Below are positions 41,408 through 55,869 of a stretch of DNA of 64,000 nt, piece by piece. The DNA comes from Eledone cirrhosa. Lineage: Eukaryota. Each line of letters starts with the position of its first letter. Positions within the stretch are counted from its first letter, which is position 1. The stretch covers positions 83,204,001 to 83,268,000 of the forward strand of contig OZ024746.1 of NCBI GenBank assembly GCA_964016885.1, in the 5' to 3' direction. Position numbers and translations under genes: made by a program. Below the pieces are notes generated by a model. The model was not told where the DNA came from. It worked only from the letters and a program-made list of their open reading frames with translations, and did not search any database.

Positions 41408-41905
41408 TCTCTCTGGTGTGTGTGTCTGTGCGTTTCTGTGTGTTTCTGTGTTTATCTGTGTGCCTGTGCGTCTATCTGTGTGCGTGTGTGTGAGTGTGTA
41501 TGTGTGTGTGTGTCTGTGTGTCTGTAAGTCTGTGTGTCTGTGTCTTTCTGTGTGTCTGTAAGTCTGTGTGTCTGTGTCTTTCTGTGTGTGCATGCGTATG
41601 TGCTGGTGTATATATGTATATGTTGATATTGTTATACATGAATATCTGATCATATGTATATAACATTAATAAGTGTTATGTGCATGTGTGAATATGTGTT
41701 TGTAATACATATAGATGTGTATATGTTTCTGCGTGTGTGTGTTTATATGTGTGTGAGCATATGTATGTATGTGTATGTTTATATGTGTGTAGTGTATGTG
41801 TATGTGAATACGTGTTTGTAATCGGTGGGTTTGTGAAAACATATATACGTGTGTTTGTGTGCGTGCATGAGTGGGTGTGTGAGTATGTGTGTGTATGAGG
41901 ATATG

Positions 41906-41990
<85 letters not shown>

Positions 41991-42199
41991 CTACTTAATA
42001 ATTCACAGCACTGTGTTTGGAGTATAAATTGAAATTTAATGTAAGCTCTACTTTTTAGCCTCGTTGTGAAAATCTTAGTGGTCATTCCACAAGTTCTTAT
42101 CTCTCCCTTAAGAGGAACCGACAAGAAACGTTTCTAATCTTCGACCTTCATCAAAGAAAGAACATCCCTCATCTGTTCACCGAGAGATTTGTAGCTTAT

Positions 42200-42440
42200 C
42201 GATCTGATCGATCGACAAGATCCCAGACATCATTTGCTTGCTGAGTCAAATCGAACCAAAGAAACAATGTTTCCATTGGTCTTTCCATTACTGATACTAT
42301 CTACCGGCTGCAACACCTGGTAGAAAGAGCAACGTGAAATAAAGTGTCTTGCTCAATGACACAATGCATCACCCGATTCGAGAATTGAACTCGCAACCTC
42401 TCGATTGCAACTTCAACTCCCTAACCACTAAGCCGCGCCC
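42200..42440 (-). mobile_element. tRNA-derived SINE related in its head to the 59326 copy
   Basis: Reverse complement GGGCGCGGCTTAGTGGTTAG...GAGTTCAATTCTC...TTGAGCAAGACACTTTATTTCACGTTGCT. Confidence 0.7.
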
Positions 42441-44075
42441 CTTATAGCTATCAATATTATATACAAACACTGAGTTCATACCTCGCCAAGATCAGCTTTG
42501 TCTTTCATCCTTCTGAGATCGATAAAATAAAGTACCAATCAAGTAATGGGGTTGATTTAATCAATTTTGCCCTTCCACCAAATTAACCTGCCTAGTGCCT
42601 AAATACTATATGCAAAATCTGAATTTAAATCTACCGAGGTCAGCTTTACCTTTCACCTTCATTGAGTCGATAAAATAAAGTACCAGTCAAGTACTAGGGT
42701 CTATATAATTGACTTCTGCTACCCACAACTTGCTGGTCTTAAATCTAAATTAAAAACCAATATTTTTTACAAATTCGAACACAGCTAAATTGGTCTGTCT
42801 AAATAGCTACAAATTATCTTCTCTGTGGACAGAAAATGGGTATTCTTTCTCTGATAAAAAATCTAAGAAAACTAGAATCTAGTCGCATCGATCTCACTTT
42901 TTCTGCCCACGAAGAAACAAAACCTCGTGGGGTAAACAATATTTTTTTACTTACCACAGTGAGCCCAAAATTGTATAAATATATGCTTTGTGGCGAGTTT
43001 TACGCGAGGTAAAACATATGTATAGACACTTAACTCCTGATTTTAAACATAGAGGAACCCATCCTCTCTCCAGGTCTGAATACAGCCAACTTTTTGATGA
43101 GAAGGCGAGAGAATGATAGAGAAGAGGTGAAATAGAGAGATAGGAGAAGGGTATTGAACTGATACTATCGAAAGGATGAAAGACAAAGTTGACCAGCCAC
43201 AGAGAGCCGAAACGAATACAGCAAAGAATTCTATTCGACATTTTAACCACACTGCCACTTCGTGGGTAATCGTGGCATTGCATAATATTGAGCCCAATTT
43301 GCACGACGGCTTAGAACAAGCCACCAGAAAGATGCATATTATACATAGAGAGAGAGAGAGTGGGGTCGGAAGTTTCGAAATTCTTGGTTTGTTAACTTGT
43401 CACAAAAATTCATTATTTTTAGTGAACCAATGTAGAATGAAGCGCCCTAAACCAGAAAAATAACGAAACGCCCAGAACAGATTTGAACTCGTAACTCGTC
43501 TAATACCTAACTCACTCTGCCATTTTGCTTTAACATCACCTCACATCGCGTGATATTGAAGCAACGTCATAATTGTCTGACTATAACAAGATGATTTCAT
43601 AAACAGGAAAGAAAAGAAAAACGCAAGACTTATTCAAACATTTGTGTAGGAATGATATATAAACCTAAAATTCATTTTAATTTATTGCATTTAATTAAAA
43701 TTATTCCGTTTATGGCTCCATTTAAGTGGAATATTTCAAAAGAGATGTTTCAAAAGGATAGACTAGTTTTTCTTATTCCTGACCTTTATTTTATCATTGC
43801 TTCATAACACTGGCGTCTTATCTATTAACGAGAAACAAGATATAATTATATAGTAAATTATAAGCGGAAATAACTCAACAAAACACTAGCCATGACGATT
43901 ATTATGTACAAAATACACTCATTTGGTAACTAATTTATATGCAAGATATAAAGAAAATAATAATATAGTATTAAAATATTTAGAGATTTCGTTTTCGTAA
44001 TACATGTTCTTATGTCATTTATTGAAATAATTATAAAGTAGGGTTAGAGTGTTAGATGTTGGTGTGAAGACAGGG

Positions 44076-44571
44076 GATGTGGTGTGGTGAAATACACTCT
44101 TGTTGAGAATAAATATATAAATAGATGTTTTCTAATTTGTTGATTAATCCCCGGTTGTATTATGTGAAGCGGGTGAAGATAAAAATCTTCCCTTGGGTAG
44201 AACATTAATCTATCGAAAGTAACATTCCCCATTGATTTGGTATCTAATACTGACAGCTAGCTAAACTGGAGTAATAACGTCCAATTTTGTTTTCAACGTA
44301 GAAACTCCGACGAAACTAAGTGAGATTTGAAGCTATGACCCATTAGTACCTTACAGATTCAGCCATCTTATTCCTCCGAATAGTTCTTGAAGTAGCATTT
44401 CATCTAAGCAGGATTTCACCATGATTCAATTCGCTGAGAATTATATTTATATTTCAAAGGATTTTTATCTTCACCCGCTTCACATAATACAACCGGGGAT
44501 TAATCAACAAATTAGAAAACATCTATTTATATATTTATTCTCAACAAGAGTGTATTTCACCACGCCACATC
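44076..44571. repeat. 112-bp inverted duplication (44076-44187 / 44460-44571)
   Basis: Near-perfect reverse complement; the same spurious peptide DFYLHPLHIIQPGINQQ appears in opposite-strand ORFs. Confidence 0.93.
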
Positions 44572-44637
44572 AATTCGCTTCAGAATCAATCACTGATAAT
44601 TTAATTTCCTTTGAAATATAAATATTTTTCTCTATTT

Positions 44638-44832
44638 CAGACCTGTTAGATCTCCCCGTCAGACGGAGAGGTTTCTCACCCACCCCAAAGTGGGTAAGAG
44701 ATGTTTTCTCTTGTGAAAATGGGTACAGCTTTCATGATGTAAAATCTCTCCATTTTGCCTCATTTCTCCACGTTTTGGGGTACGTTTTTTCATGGTAATT
44801 CCCGTTTGGGTTTTTAGAGGTTGACTGGTCTG
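44638..44832. mobile_element. MITE, empty copy (no SINE)
   Basis: CAGACCTGTTAG ... GTTGACTGGTCTG; approximate 6-bp TSD CTATTT/CTAGTT. Confidence 0.75.
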
Positions 44833-45649
44833 CTAGTTCCATTACGGAACAATGAATGAAATCGAAATGTTTTTATTTCGATTTATATATATATATATAG
44901 AGAGAGAGAGGGGGAGTCTGTGTCTGTGTGTGTATATATATATATATATACTACGGACTACCATAGAGTTATCATCTAACCGTCTATCTAATTTCACTCT
45001 CAATGCATAATAAAATATACTTGGCCTAGGTGCAGTGTGGTAGTTATTCATGCGAACTTTGGGCAAAAGTCAAAGCTGTACACAATAATTTCAGATAGCA
45101 TTTACCACGCTTTCACTAAAGGCTTTAGATGCCCATGCTGTTGCAAGCAGTCACTCTTTGAAACCTCCCTCCTTTTATCCAACTGAACATCCAGGATGTG
45201 ACGGCTAAAAGGAGAAAGGGCTGCCCCAGCTCTGAGCTGGTGTATTCTTTATCGGCCCCTGAAATGTTGAAATGCAAAGTGAACGGGATTTGAAATCAAA
45301 AGCAGAGACAAGGTACAAATACCCAACGTTCTAACGACTATGCCAAATCGAATACACTTCTATATTGCTTCTTGCTAGACATATCATCATATACTGTATA
45401 TAATATTCATCAATTTAATTAACTTCCCATGCTCTCATTTTTACTGACGTCGTCGTCAATGTCGACTCAGCCTTGCTAAGAATGATGTAATTTTTCTTTG
45501 ACATTGAGAGAACTTTCTTGGCAAGGAAAATAAAAAAAATCATAATTTGACACGTATGTATAGGAGTATGTATGTATAAGTATGTGTGTCTTTGTATATT
45601 CAAGTATGAATTAACATACACAAATTTATATATGTAAGTATATATGTAA

Positions 45650-45711
<62 letters not shown>

Positions 45712-45799
45712 CTCTGGTTCATCTGAATCATTGAGCGCTTGCCACACATCTCGGAAGTTGTTTTTCGTTAATTCCTAAGCCGAAGTACGATTCTCGCTA

Positions 45800-45863
<64 letters not shown>

Positions 45864-46103
45864 GCACACACACACACGCACATGTCAGTATATTTTTACA
45901 AACCGGAGAAAGTAAAGTATGTATAAACATTATTTCTAGGTCCGTGATCAACTCCTGTTATATTCTCAAAGCAGATTTTCATAGGAGATATTATTGGAAA
46001 GAAGTTGCATTATTGGACCTAGCTTCCCCCAAGTTATCATTTCCTCGTTGCGTATTGGGTAAAAACAAAACCTCACACAACCATATATGTACGTATGTAT
46101 GTA

Positions 46104-46149
<46 letters not shown>

Positions 46150-46389
46150 TTTATCCCGGGTTCAATCGGGGATAACCACAGTAAGTAAAGTACTCAATAC
46201 AAAGCAGAGTATAAATATTTAATATAGAAAGGCTTCTACAGCTAGAACTGTTTCATTCGGGCCGTTTCAACAGCTAGATTCTAAACCATCGGGGGTCCCG
46301 AATTTTTCATATTACTACCTACTCTACTACCCCAAGTATCGAGTACTCTGGTGAGTAATGGTCTAACTGGTTTTTACCGCCTCCATTCT

Positions 46390-46428
<39 letters not shown>

Positions 46429-46445
46429 ATTTAATGTATGCATAT

Positions 46446-46627
46446 AATTGTTTCTACTTTAGGCACAAGGCCAGCAATTAACCAGTGTATTACTGGTACT
46501 TTATTTTATCGACCCCGTAAGGATGAAAGGCAAAGTCAACCTCGGCGGGATTTGAACTCAGATCGTAAATGGACGTAACTATGCTGGAAAGCATGGCGTC
46601 CGACTCTCTACTGATACTGCCAATCCA
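46446..46627 (-). mobile_element. SINE family A
   Basis: Full core; TSD CATATAAT at 46441-46448 and 46633-46640. Confidence 0.87.
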
Positions 46628-47292
46628 AATATCATATAATATGCATCGATGATCTAAATTATTAGTTCGTTTCATTGGAGTGGAAAAGAGTTTTCCCGCG
46701 GCTACCACCTTAACAATCTATACGTCCCTTTTTTTTTTATATATATATATTTCAGTTTATTTTTCTTGTACTCTTTTTAGCAACTTTTGTAATGTTCTCT
46801 TTTTTTTTTTTTTTGTAATTTTAAAATTAATTTGAAGGTCTTTGACTTTTCCCAACAACTGTCTATCCTGTTGTGTTGAATTTGATAAGTGAGACGCATC
46901 TGTAATTAAGGAGGAGGAGTCTACGAAGAGTTCACTTTCGTCGCTATTATGATTGACAGTAGGAGCCAGTCAACTAATTAAACTTTTTACGCACACACAT
47001 CCCCTCATATCTCCCCTTTTCTCTAACTCTCCTCCTTTTCTCTCTCTTCCTCTTCCTTCTCTCTCTCTCTCTCTCTCTCAATTTCTCTATCGCTCCTCGC
47101 TCCCTCTCTCTCTCTCTATCTCTATCTCTATCTCTCTCTTTCTCTCGCTCGCTCTTTCTCTCTCTCGCTCGCTCTCTCTTTTCTCTCTCTCTCTCAATCT
47201 ACTTCCTACTGACTCGGAGGAATTTGACTGGTAATGAATATTATTGCCACAACAGAAATTGAATTCTACACACACACACACTCACAAGGATG

Positions 47293-47382
<90 letters not shown>

Positions 47383-47987
47383 ATTCAAAATCTGACCACA
47401 CATGACATTGACAAAAGACACGAACTTATCAGTTATCTAGAGGAGTTTAGTGGTATTATTCCGTCCAGGGCGCACAGCAAATCTGACATCAGTGCAGAGA
47501 TGAGGAACAAATACTGCAAAGCATTCTATCCGCATCCCATCAGCGAAGTTCTCTGCAAGACGTCAGAACTTGACGTGGACCGGGAGATTGAGTCTGTTCT
47601 GGTCGTTCGGGTTGACGACGGCCACACCGTCCCTCAGTATTCAGGTTCCCAACCTAACTGTGACGACATGAAGTGCAGGTCAACCTTCATGTGGATCGTG
47701 TCTACCCTGGTCCAACACTGTATCACCTGTCTCCATTCTGCCTCGCAGTCAAACAGTTTCCCATTACTCAATTCTTGATAATGAAGCACCGGGTCATTAC
47801 AATGCACCCGCATTGTAATGGCCCGGTGCCTCGGCCTCCGCGTGTGTGGGGCTCATAAATGAGGTTGTGTACCCATTGTCGACGAGTTCGGACTACACAC
47901 TCTATCTCGCCGTCATAGTGCGGACCGGCTCCTCGTATAAATGTGTGTATCGGTGTATTTATATAGATGTGTGTGTGTGTGGTGAGT

Positions 47988-48268
47988 GGAAGCACGTGGC
48001 CTAGTGGTAAGAGTGTTGGACTTACTATCATAATGTTGTGGGTTCGATTCCTGGGTTGCGTGTTGTGTTCTTGAGCAAAACAAGTTGCTCCAGTATACTC
48101 AGCTGAAAATGAGTACCAGCAATAGTTGGAGGTTTAACCCTGCGATGGACTGGCGTCCTGTCCAGGGGGAGTTTTGTACTCTCAGTCGCTTCACGCCATG
48201 AAACCGGGATAAACACCTTGAAAATGAGCCTTCTGGCTTAAGACAGACTTTAGACTTTTTAGACTTTA
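47988..48268 (+). mobile_element. tRNA-derived SINE family B (MetaSINE/V-SINE-like central domain)
   Basis: A box TGGCCTAGTGG, B box GGTTCGATTCC, AACCCTGCGATGGACTGGCGTCCTGTCCAGGGGGAG domain, (AGACTTT)n tail, TSD (GT)nGGTGAG. Confidence 0.85.
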
Positions 48269-48458
48269 GTGTGTGTGTGTGGTGAGAGAAATGAGATAAA
48301 GACGATAACGGAATGGAGAAAAAGTGAAAGAAAAGTATGCTTTTTCTATGTATATCCTTTTAGTTGAATGTAAAAACTAGAATGTCTGAATTTTTTTATG
48401 GCGTCTTTGACAGAAATAAAAGAAAATTTTCGAAAACAACACACACATGCATACACTA

Positions 48459-48496
<38 letters not shown>

Positions 48497-48501
48497 CATG
48501 A

Positions 48502-48581
<80 letters not shown>

Positions 48582-49176
48582 ATACATACATAATAACAAA
48601 AAAAGGACGGAATAGAAAAAAATAAAAGCCAAAATATCTTATTAAACTTTTAGTTTGATTAAAACGCATATGTTTATATTTTTTCGTTTTTATGTTGTTG
48701 CTTTTTTGTTCTTTTCGTAGTTTTTTTTATTTTGTAAATCTTGTGTTTGTATGCCCTCTGTGTTCACAGAAATATTCTTCCGTGTCGTCAGATAATTGTA
48801 AAACTCTACTAATGAACCAGAAATGTACATTAGTTTATCTTAAATTACTTTTATGTTTCTTATACCTCCTTTCTATTCCAGGTTAGAAACCAACTTAAGT
48901 CGTCTGATTTAAACCAAGTGACGATGAAAGTTAAGACAGCTTCGCAATCTTCTTAATTCCGAGACGGCACGTGATTTTCAGCGATACCTTCTCCGGCGAC
49001 AATCGGATGAAATTGACGTCAGACCCAGGTTCATTGATAGACAGGCAAAAGAGAACGAAAGCTAAAAATGTACCGGCTGCTCACTAATAGGTATATTTAC
49101 GAAGCTATAGTGTTGGAAACATACGGCATCTTGGGTAACATCTAACTACTTCACTATTTCATTTAATCAGCGTAAA

Positions 49177-49575
49177 CAGACCTGTCAACTCTCCCCGTCG
49201 GACGGGGGATCTCCCACCCAATTTGGAGTGGGTGAAAGATGTCTTTTCTTGTGAAAATGGGTATAGCTTTCATTATTTAAAATCTCCCCGGTGGTGAATT
49301 GGCAGTATCGGTAGAGGGTTGGACGCCATGCTTTCTAGCATAGTTACGTCCCTTTACAGTCTGAGTTCAAATCCCGCCGAGGTTAACTTTGCCTTTCATC
49401 CTTACGGGGTCGATAAAATAAAGTACCAGTAATGTACTGGGTAATTGCTGGCCTTGTGCCTAAAGTAGAAACAATTATTTAAAATCTCTCCATTTTGCCT
49501 CATTTCTCTCCGTTTTGGGGGCACTTTTTTTTACATGTTACTCCCCGTTTGGGTTTTTAGAGGTTGGTAGTTCTG
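49177..49575. mobile_element. MITE carrying a SINE
   Basis: CAGACCTGTCAAC ... GTTGGTAGTTCTG; body homologous to the 35566 and 44638 copies. Confidence 0.78.
49290..49478 (+). mobile_element. SINE family A nested in MITE, 18-bp TSD
   Basis: TSD ATTATTTAAAATCTCYCC at 49272-49289 and 49474-49491. Confidence 0.9.
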
Positions 49576-50132
49576 CTATTTCATTTACAGAGCAATGAAT
49601 GAAATCGTCAAGATGACCGCCGATAAGAATATGCACTGTAAGATAGAATAGCTTCTTTTCTTTATCTTTTTTTCTTTTAGCAAATCTCCCTTGCTTTTCT
49701 TCGGAGTAATACATTTGCCGATAAAACAATTTCAGATTATTCCTGCTTCACCTTTCCTCCTAGTAACTTGAAATCGCGTTCAAATTACCGGAAAATAGAT
49801 TTCAAATAACCTCCAGGGTAGCTTGAAGATAATTTCAGATTGCCTCTTGAAATCATTCCTCAGTACTCTTCGGGGTTTTTTTATTAATAAAAGGCTTTAC
49901 ATATGCAGTAGTACTGAAAGGACTCTAAAATCTTCAAGCACTTAAATTCTCCAATTTATACAGGTATAACTATAAAGTATATTCCGGCTGGTTGGTGAAC
50001 AACTTAATATATATCGTAATTACGTAACAACACGAACGCAAATAATACACAAATTACTGCGACTGTTTCAGCGTGAACGAAGTATCGATTTAGCATCGTG
50101 TACATATTCCATTCACACTTGACACGTATATA

Positions 50133-50179
<47 letters not shown>

Positions 50180-50183
<4 letters not shown>

Positions 50184-50348
50184 GATATTAACAAATGGAA
50201 ACTATATTTATAAAACCATATTTTATGGTTTTATAAATATAGTTTCCATTTGTTAATATCGTATGTTTATTCCAAATACTTGTTGAGTGCTTTATATCAG
50301 TTATAAAAATGTTTGCTTGTTGTATCCCAACAATTTAAATAGAACTTT

Positions 50349-50394
<46 letters not shown>

Positions 50395-50497
50395 ATTTTA
50401 TCTGATGAAAGCGCACTATAATTTGCCTTGGTGGCCCTTGAAATATGTCTAATAAAATAAATATGGTTTTATAAATATAGTTTCCATTTGTTAATAT

Positions 50498-50505
<8 letters not shown>
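50180..50505. mobile_element. Foldback element related to 15023-15335: 41-bp-arm palindrome plus an extra arm copy, embedded in (TA)n
   Basis: 50180-50220 is the reverse complement of 50224-50264; shares the downstream TTGTTGAGTGCTTTATATCAGTTATAAAAA block. Confidence 0.8.
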
Positions 50506-50558
<53 letters not shown>

Positions 50559-51833
50559 CTCTTCAGAATTTGCCAGCGTTTACATTTCACCGGATATTAC
50601 TGGTAATAAACAAGTCTTTGGAAATTAGTTTACGGTAAAGCAACGCCATTTTTAAAATCTACATTACATCTATCTATCTTAGCTTTGTTATTTTTGTTAA
50701 TTTTTATTTTTTATTTTTTCCCTAGATAATGAATTACACCGATAACGCTGTTACTGTTGTTGTTGGTGATAGCTGGTGATGAAGATGTTGCTAGTGGCGG
50801 TGGTGATGCTACAGCTGATGGTAAATGGTGATGAACGTATTGTTGGTGTTGTTCTTTTTGTCAATGATTTCGTTTATTTGAAGAAGGTAACAAAACCACG
50901 TTAGGGTATCTCTAAAACCATGACAAATAAATAAGAATTTTGTGACGACTACTTAATGGTGACCATAAATTTTTGTTCGAAGTCAAAAAAAGAGATAGAG
51001 AGTATGTGTGTCTTTATGTGTGTGTGTGTGTGTGCGTGTGTGGATCATCAATTACGCTAAACAAAATGGCGCTTATAAATTATAATTTGACTTCCTTGTC
51101 CCTGGCGAAGAAAGGGGACGGACGAACGAAACAAAAGAAGCTATATAATAAGGCACAATAGATAATGACATGTGGGGTTGGATGAGGGTCAACAAAGAAA
51201 GAAAGAAAGAAAAAAGAAAGAAGTATGGTGGCGATGGGAAAAGGAGAGAAATAAAGAACAAACATTGTCATACAAAAAAAAAAAAAGCAAAGCAAAGAAT
51301 GAATGAATTGAAGAACAAACTAAAGCCGTCTGTCACGGACATCAAACACGTGAGTGCTTCAACATGGAAATATTCTGGGACATTCTCACGTACGGTAAAT
51401 TGTTTATAACAGAAGCAAATTGTTCGTTTGGTGAAGGAATAGACGTGGAAATTTGTTTTATATATTTATATATTTATTTAATACCTTTCTTTTGTTTATT
51501 TGTTATTATTGTTATTTTAGTGAAGAAGCTGAGAGAGCGTCTTTTTGTTTTGGGATTTTAGGTTTGTTTCGGATTTTTTTTTTGTTTTTTTGTTGTTGTT
51601 TCTCGTGGTGGAATTGGGGTGGAGGTGTGGGGGGGATGTGTGTGTGTGTGTGTGTTTATTCCAAATACAACATTAAATTTTGTTGTCAAACAAATTAAAT
51701 TCTGACGTTGCAAATGGTCAGGTAGACAATGTCAAGCGAAGTCACTGTAGAGACCCGTGCCTCTAGCTTATAGTGAGACAAAAATAAGGAAATAACATAA
51801 AATAAAATAAAATAAGGTTACAGCCACCTTCAA

Positions 51834-51834
<1 letters not shown>

Positions 51835-51895
<61 letters not shown>

Positions 51896-52011
51896 TCACC
51901 ACCACTACTACTTCTACCACCACCACCAACACTACTACTGACTACTACTACCACCACAACCACCACTACTACTACTACTACTACTGCTACTACTACTACT
52001 ACTATCACCAT

Positions 52012-52049
<38 letters not shown>

Positions 52050-53340
52050 TCACCACTACTACTACTATTAATACTACTACCACCACCACCACTACTACTA
52101 CTAATACTACTACCACCACCACCAGTACTACTTCTATTACTAATACTACGACAGTGGCTTATGAGAGAAGTGTTCATCTGGTACATCGGTCCGGGACCTC
52201 GGAGAACCAAAAAGCCCATGAATAAGTGACGTGCCCACTTGAAAAAAAAAAGAACTCTCAAAGCTATGGATATTTTTTCTGAAGAGACACGATTATGGAA
52301 CCCAAAAGCAATCTTGTTTCGTTTGACAACATTTCTTACGAATACCTTCACTACTACCACATCTAGTAGACCCGTGCAAAGCTGATAATAGCCCCCAAGC
52401 CAAATTTAAAATGTAGGCTTCCAAAACTGGTAATAATAGATGTCCAGGGAAGAAGAAGAAGAAGAAGAAGAAGAAGAAGAAGAAGAAGAAGAAGAAGAAG
52501 AAGAAGAAGAAGAAGAAGAAGACTAGAATAATAGTAAAAAGAAGAGAAAATTAGAAAGAAGAGGGGAAAGATGGGGGTTGGTGAAAGTGAAGGGGTGAAG
52601 GGTTAGTGTTTGGTTTAGGTATAAAGCAAGGTAAATAGGATGTTTGTTGTAGGTCATTAAAGTCATCTATTGCCATAGAAAACAACATTCCAACGCCACC
52701 AACAACACCACCACCAACAACAACAACACCAACACCACCACCAACACCACCAACAACAACACCACAAACACCACCAACACCATCACCAACACCACCACCA
52801 CCAACAACAACAACAACACCAACACCACCACCAACACCACCAACAACAACACCACAAACACCACCAACACCATCACCAACACCACCAACACCACCACCAA
52901 CACCACCATCAACAACAACAGCACCTACACCATCAACACCATCAACGCCAACAACAACAACACCTACACCTCCAACACCACTACAAGACCATCACCAACA
53001 CCACCAGCACCAACACCAACACTACCATCAACAACAACAGCACCTACACCATCAACACCATCAACACCAACACCAACACCACCACCACCACCAACACCAC
53101 CATCAACAACAACAGCACCTACACCACCAACACCATCAACACCAACAACAACACCACCACCAACACCACCACCACCAACAACAACACCACAAACACCACC
53201 AACACCATCACCAACACCACCAACACCACCAGCAACACCACCACCAACACCACCATCAACAACAACACCACCTACAACATCAACACCATCAACACCAACA
53301 ACATCACCACCACCACCACCACCATCACCAACAACACCAC
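51835..53340. repeat. (CTA)n, (GAA)n and (CAC/CAA)n tracts
   Basis: Direct inspection. Confidence 0.9.
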
Positions 53341-53549
53341 CTGTATCTGTAATACACAGACGGCGAATTGGCGAAGATCGTTAAACTAACTCAGTATATG
53401 TTCCAGCTCACTGAACTCTGAGTTCAAATCCCACCTAAGCCAATATTGCTCTTCATTCTTTCGAGAGTGATAATTAAATTACCAGTCCAGTAATGGGGGA
53501 TGATTTTTCTTCTATCTCGCTTTATCCCTGTTTCTCTATCTACCAATTA

Positions 53550-53611
<62 letters not shown>

Positions 53612-53806
53612 GGGAGAAATCAACTGTGTTCCGACCTGGAGAAGGATGTGTTCCACCAGGTTTTAAATGTCCAAGACACACCGTGTGTCAGAATGGAGTC
53701 CCTTTAACTCTACCTGCAGTTAAGCACCTCTTTCTTTAAACCTTATTTCTCTCTCCCTACCTTCCTGTCTACTTTCTTTCTTTTATCCCAGCTTCCTCTT
53801 TCTCCC

Positions 53807-53884
<78 letters not shown>

Positions 53885-54386
53885 ACACACTATCTGTCTC
53901 CCTCTCTCTTCTACCTCCCTCTTCTCTCTTTCTCTCTCCCTCTCCTCAATATCTCTTTCTCCCTTTCTCTTTCTCTCTTTCTCTCTCTTTCTCCCTTTCT
54001 CTTTCTCTCTTTCTCTCTCTTTCTCCCTTTCTCTCTCCCTCTCTTCTCTCTCTTTCCATATCCTCTCTCTCTCTCTCTCGCCTCTCTCTCTCTCTCCGCT
54101 CTCTCTGTCCCTATCTGTCTCCCTATCTCCCTATCTCCTCCTTCTCTCTCTCCCCTTCCCTCTCTCTCCCCTTCTCTCACTCTCCCCTTCTCTCGCTCTC
54201 TCTCCCTTTCTCTCCTTCACACTCACTTTCTTCGTGATAGTGGTGGTTGTAAATGAGGAGGAGGTGCTTGTTGACAGTGCTTAAGTAAATAGAAATGGCA
54301 AAGAAAGAAAGAAAAGAAAAAGGAAATAAAAGAAAAGAAAAGGAAAGAAAAAGGAAATAAAAAGAACAAACAAACAAAAGAAAGAA

Positions 54387-54418
<32 letters not shown>

Positions 54419-54723
54419 AAAAAAAGAAAGAAAGAAAGAAATAGAGAAGGAAAAAGAGGAGGAAAACAAACACAACAGTAAAACAATGTAAAACAAAAGA
54501 AAAACGTCAATTTGTTTGTTCTTGTGTGATGGAGGCGGGAAAGTATTATTAGCTGTGTAATGGAGGCAAAGAGAAAATCTGTGAAGAACTGGTTAAACAT
54601 GGTAAAATGAATAGCTTTACTTTGTTACAGCAAACTAATTATTATTAGTAGTAGTTGTTGTCTTATTTTTATTGCGTGTTGTTACTGCATTACCGAGTTC
54701 AGCTCTGTGTACCTTGAATGCGC

Positions 54724-54794
<71 letters not shown>

Positions 54795-54887
54795 GTTGTT
54801 GTTAGTGGTCTTTCTATTGTATTGTGAGCATTCTTTATAATATGTAGGCAGTGCCTAGTAGGGATATTTTCTGCATGGTGTATATAT

Positions 54888-54928
<41 letters not shown>

Positions 54929-55058
54929 CAAAAATATGGATGAGAGAAGGGGCTGTGTGGTTACTGATAGCGGGTGTTAGAAGGTAAGGAGACACAAACA
55001 AGCGGTGGACAGTCTCCCTTCGTCAGTAGTTAACTACGGATCACGGATGTTTCATCGC

Positions 55059-55100
<42 letters not shown>

Positions 55101-55788
55101 ACATTCAGGACTCCGACGGCTGAGCTCCGGCCGTTTCAACTGCTACATCCGAACTGAAGCGGCGGGAATCTAACTGGTTTCCTCATGGGACATAGTCCAT
55201 ATATGGACAGACAGCTTAAGTATAAATAATCTTGTTTTTTTGTATTGTGTTTTTTTGTCCGGGAGTGGTCAGTGATCGGGATAGTTTTTAAATCTGGTAC
55301 TTTTTTTATCGACCTCGAAAGGATGAAAGGTAAAGTTGACCTGAACGGGATTTGAACTCAGAGAGCAGCGAATCGAAACGAATACTGCAAAGCATTCTAT
55401 TAGATGTTCTAACGACTCGGATAATTCACCGCCTTAGTTTCACATATCATGTTTTGAAAATAAATCATATTTGTCAGTCAAGGAACACGTGTGACCCATT
55501 ACATTCTGTGTAGCCGTAAGCTGGTATAAGTGAATTTATAATATTCTTTTGTAATGAAATCCTTGGTGATCGACAATACGACATTAGTTGTATGATTGCA
55601 ACCTCAACCCTTATTTCATTCATCAGATTTTTCATTTGACAAAGACATTATGAGTAAAAACTCGTAGACTCCATATAGACATCAGCGCACAGAATCGGAT
55701 CTATATACAGGGTGTATGTGTTAGGATTAGGGTTAAGGTTAATAAATATGTTATTTCTTCCTTTGCAGTAGTCTTTAGTCTTCAGTTT

Positions 55789-55869
<81 letters not shown>

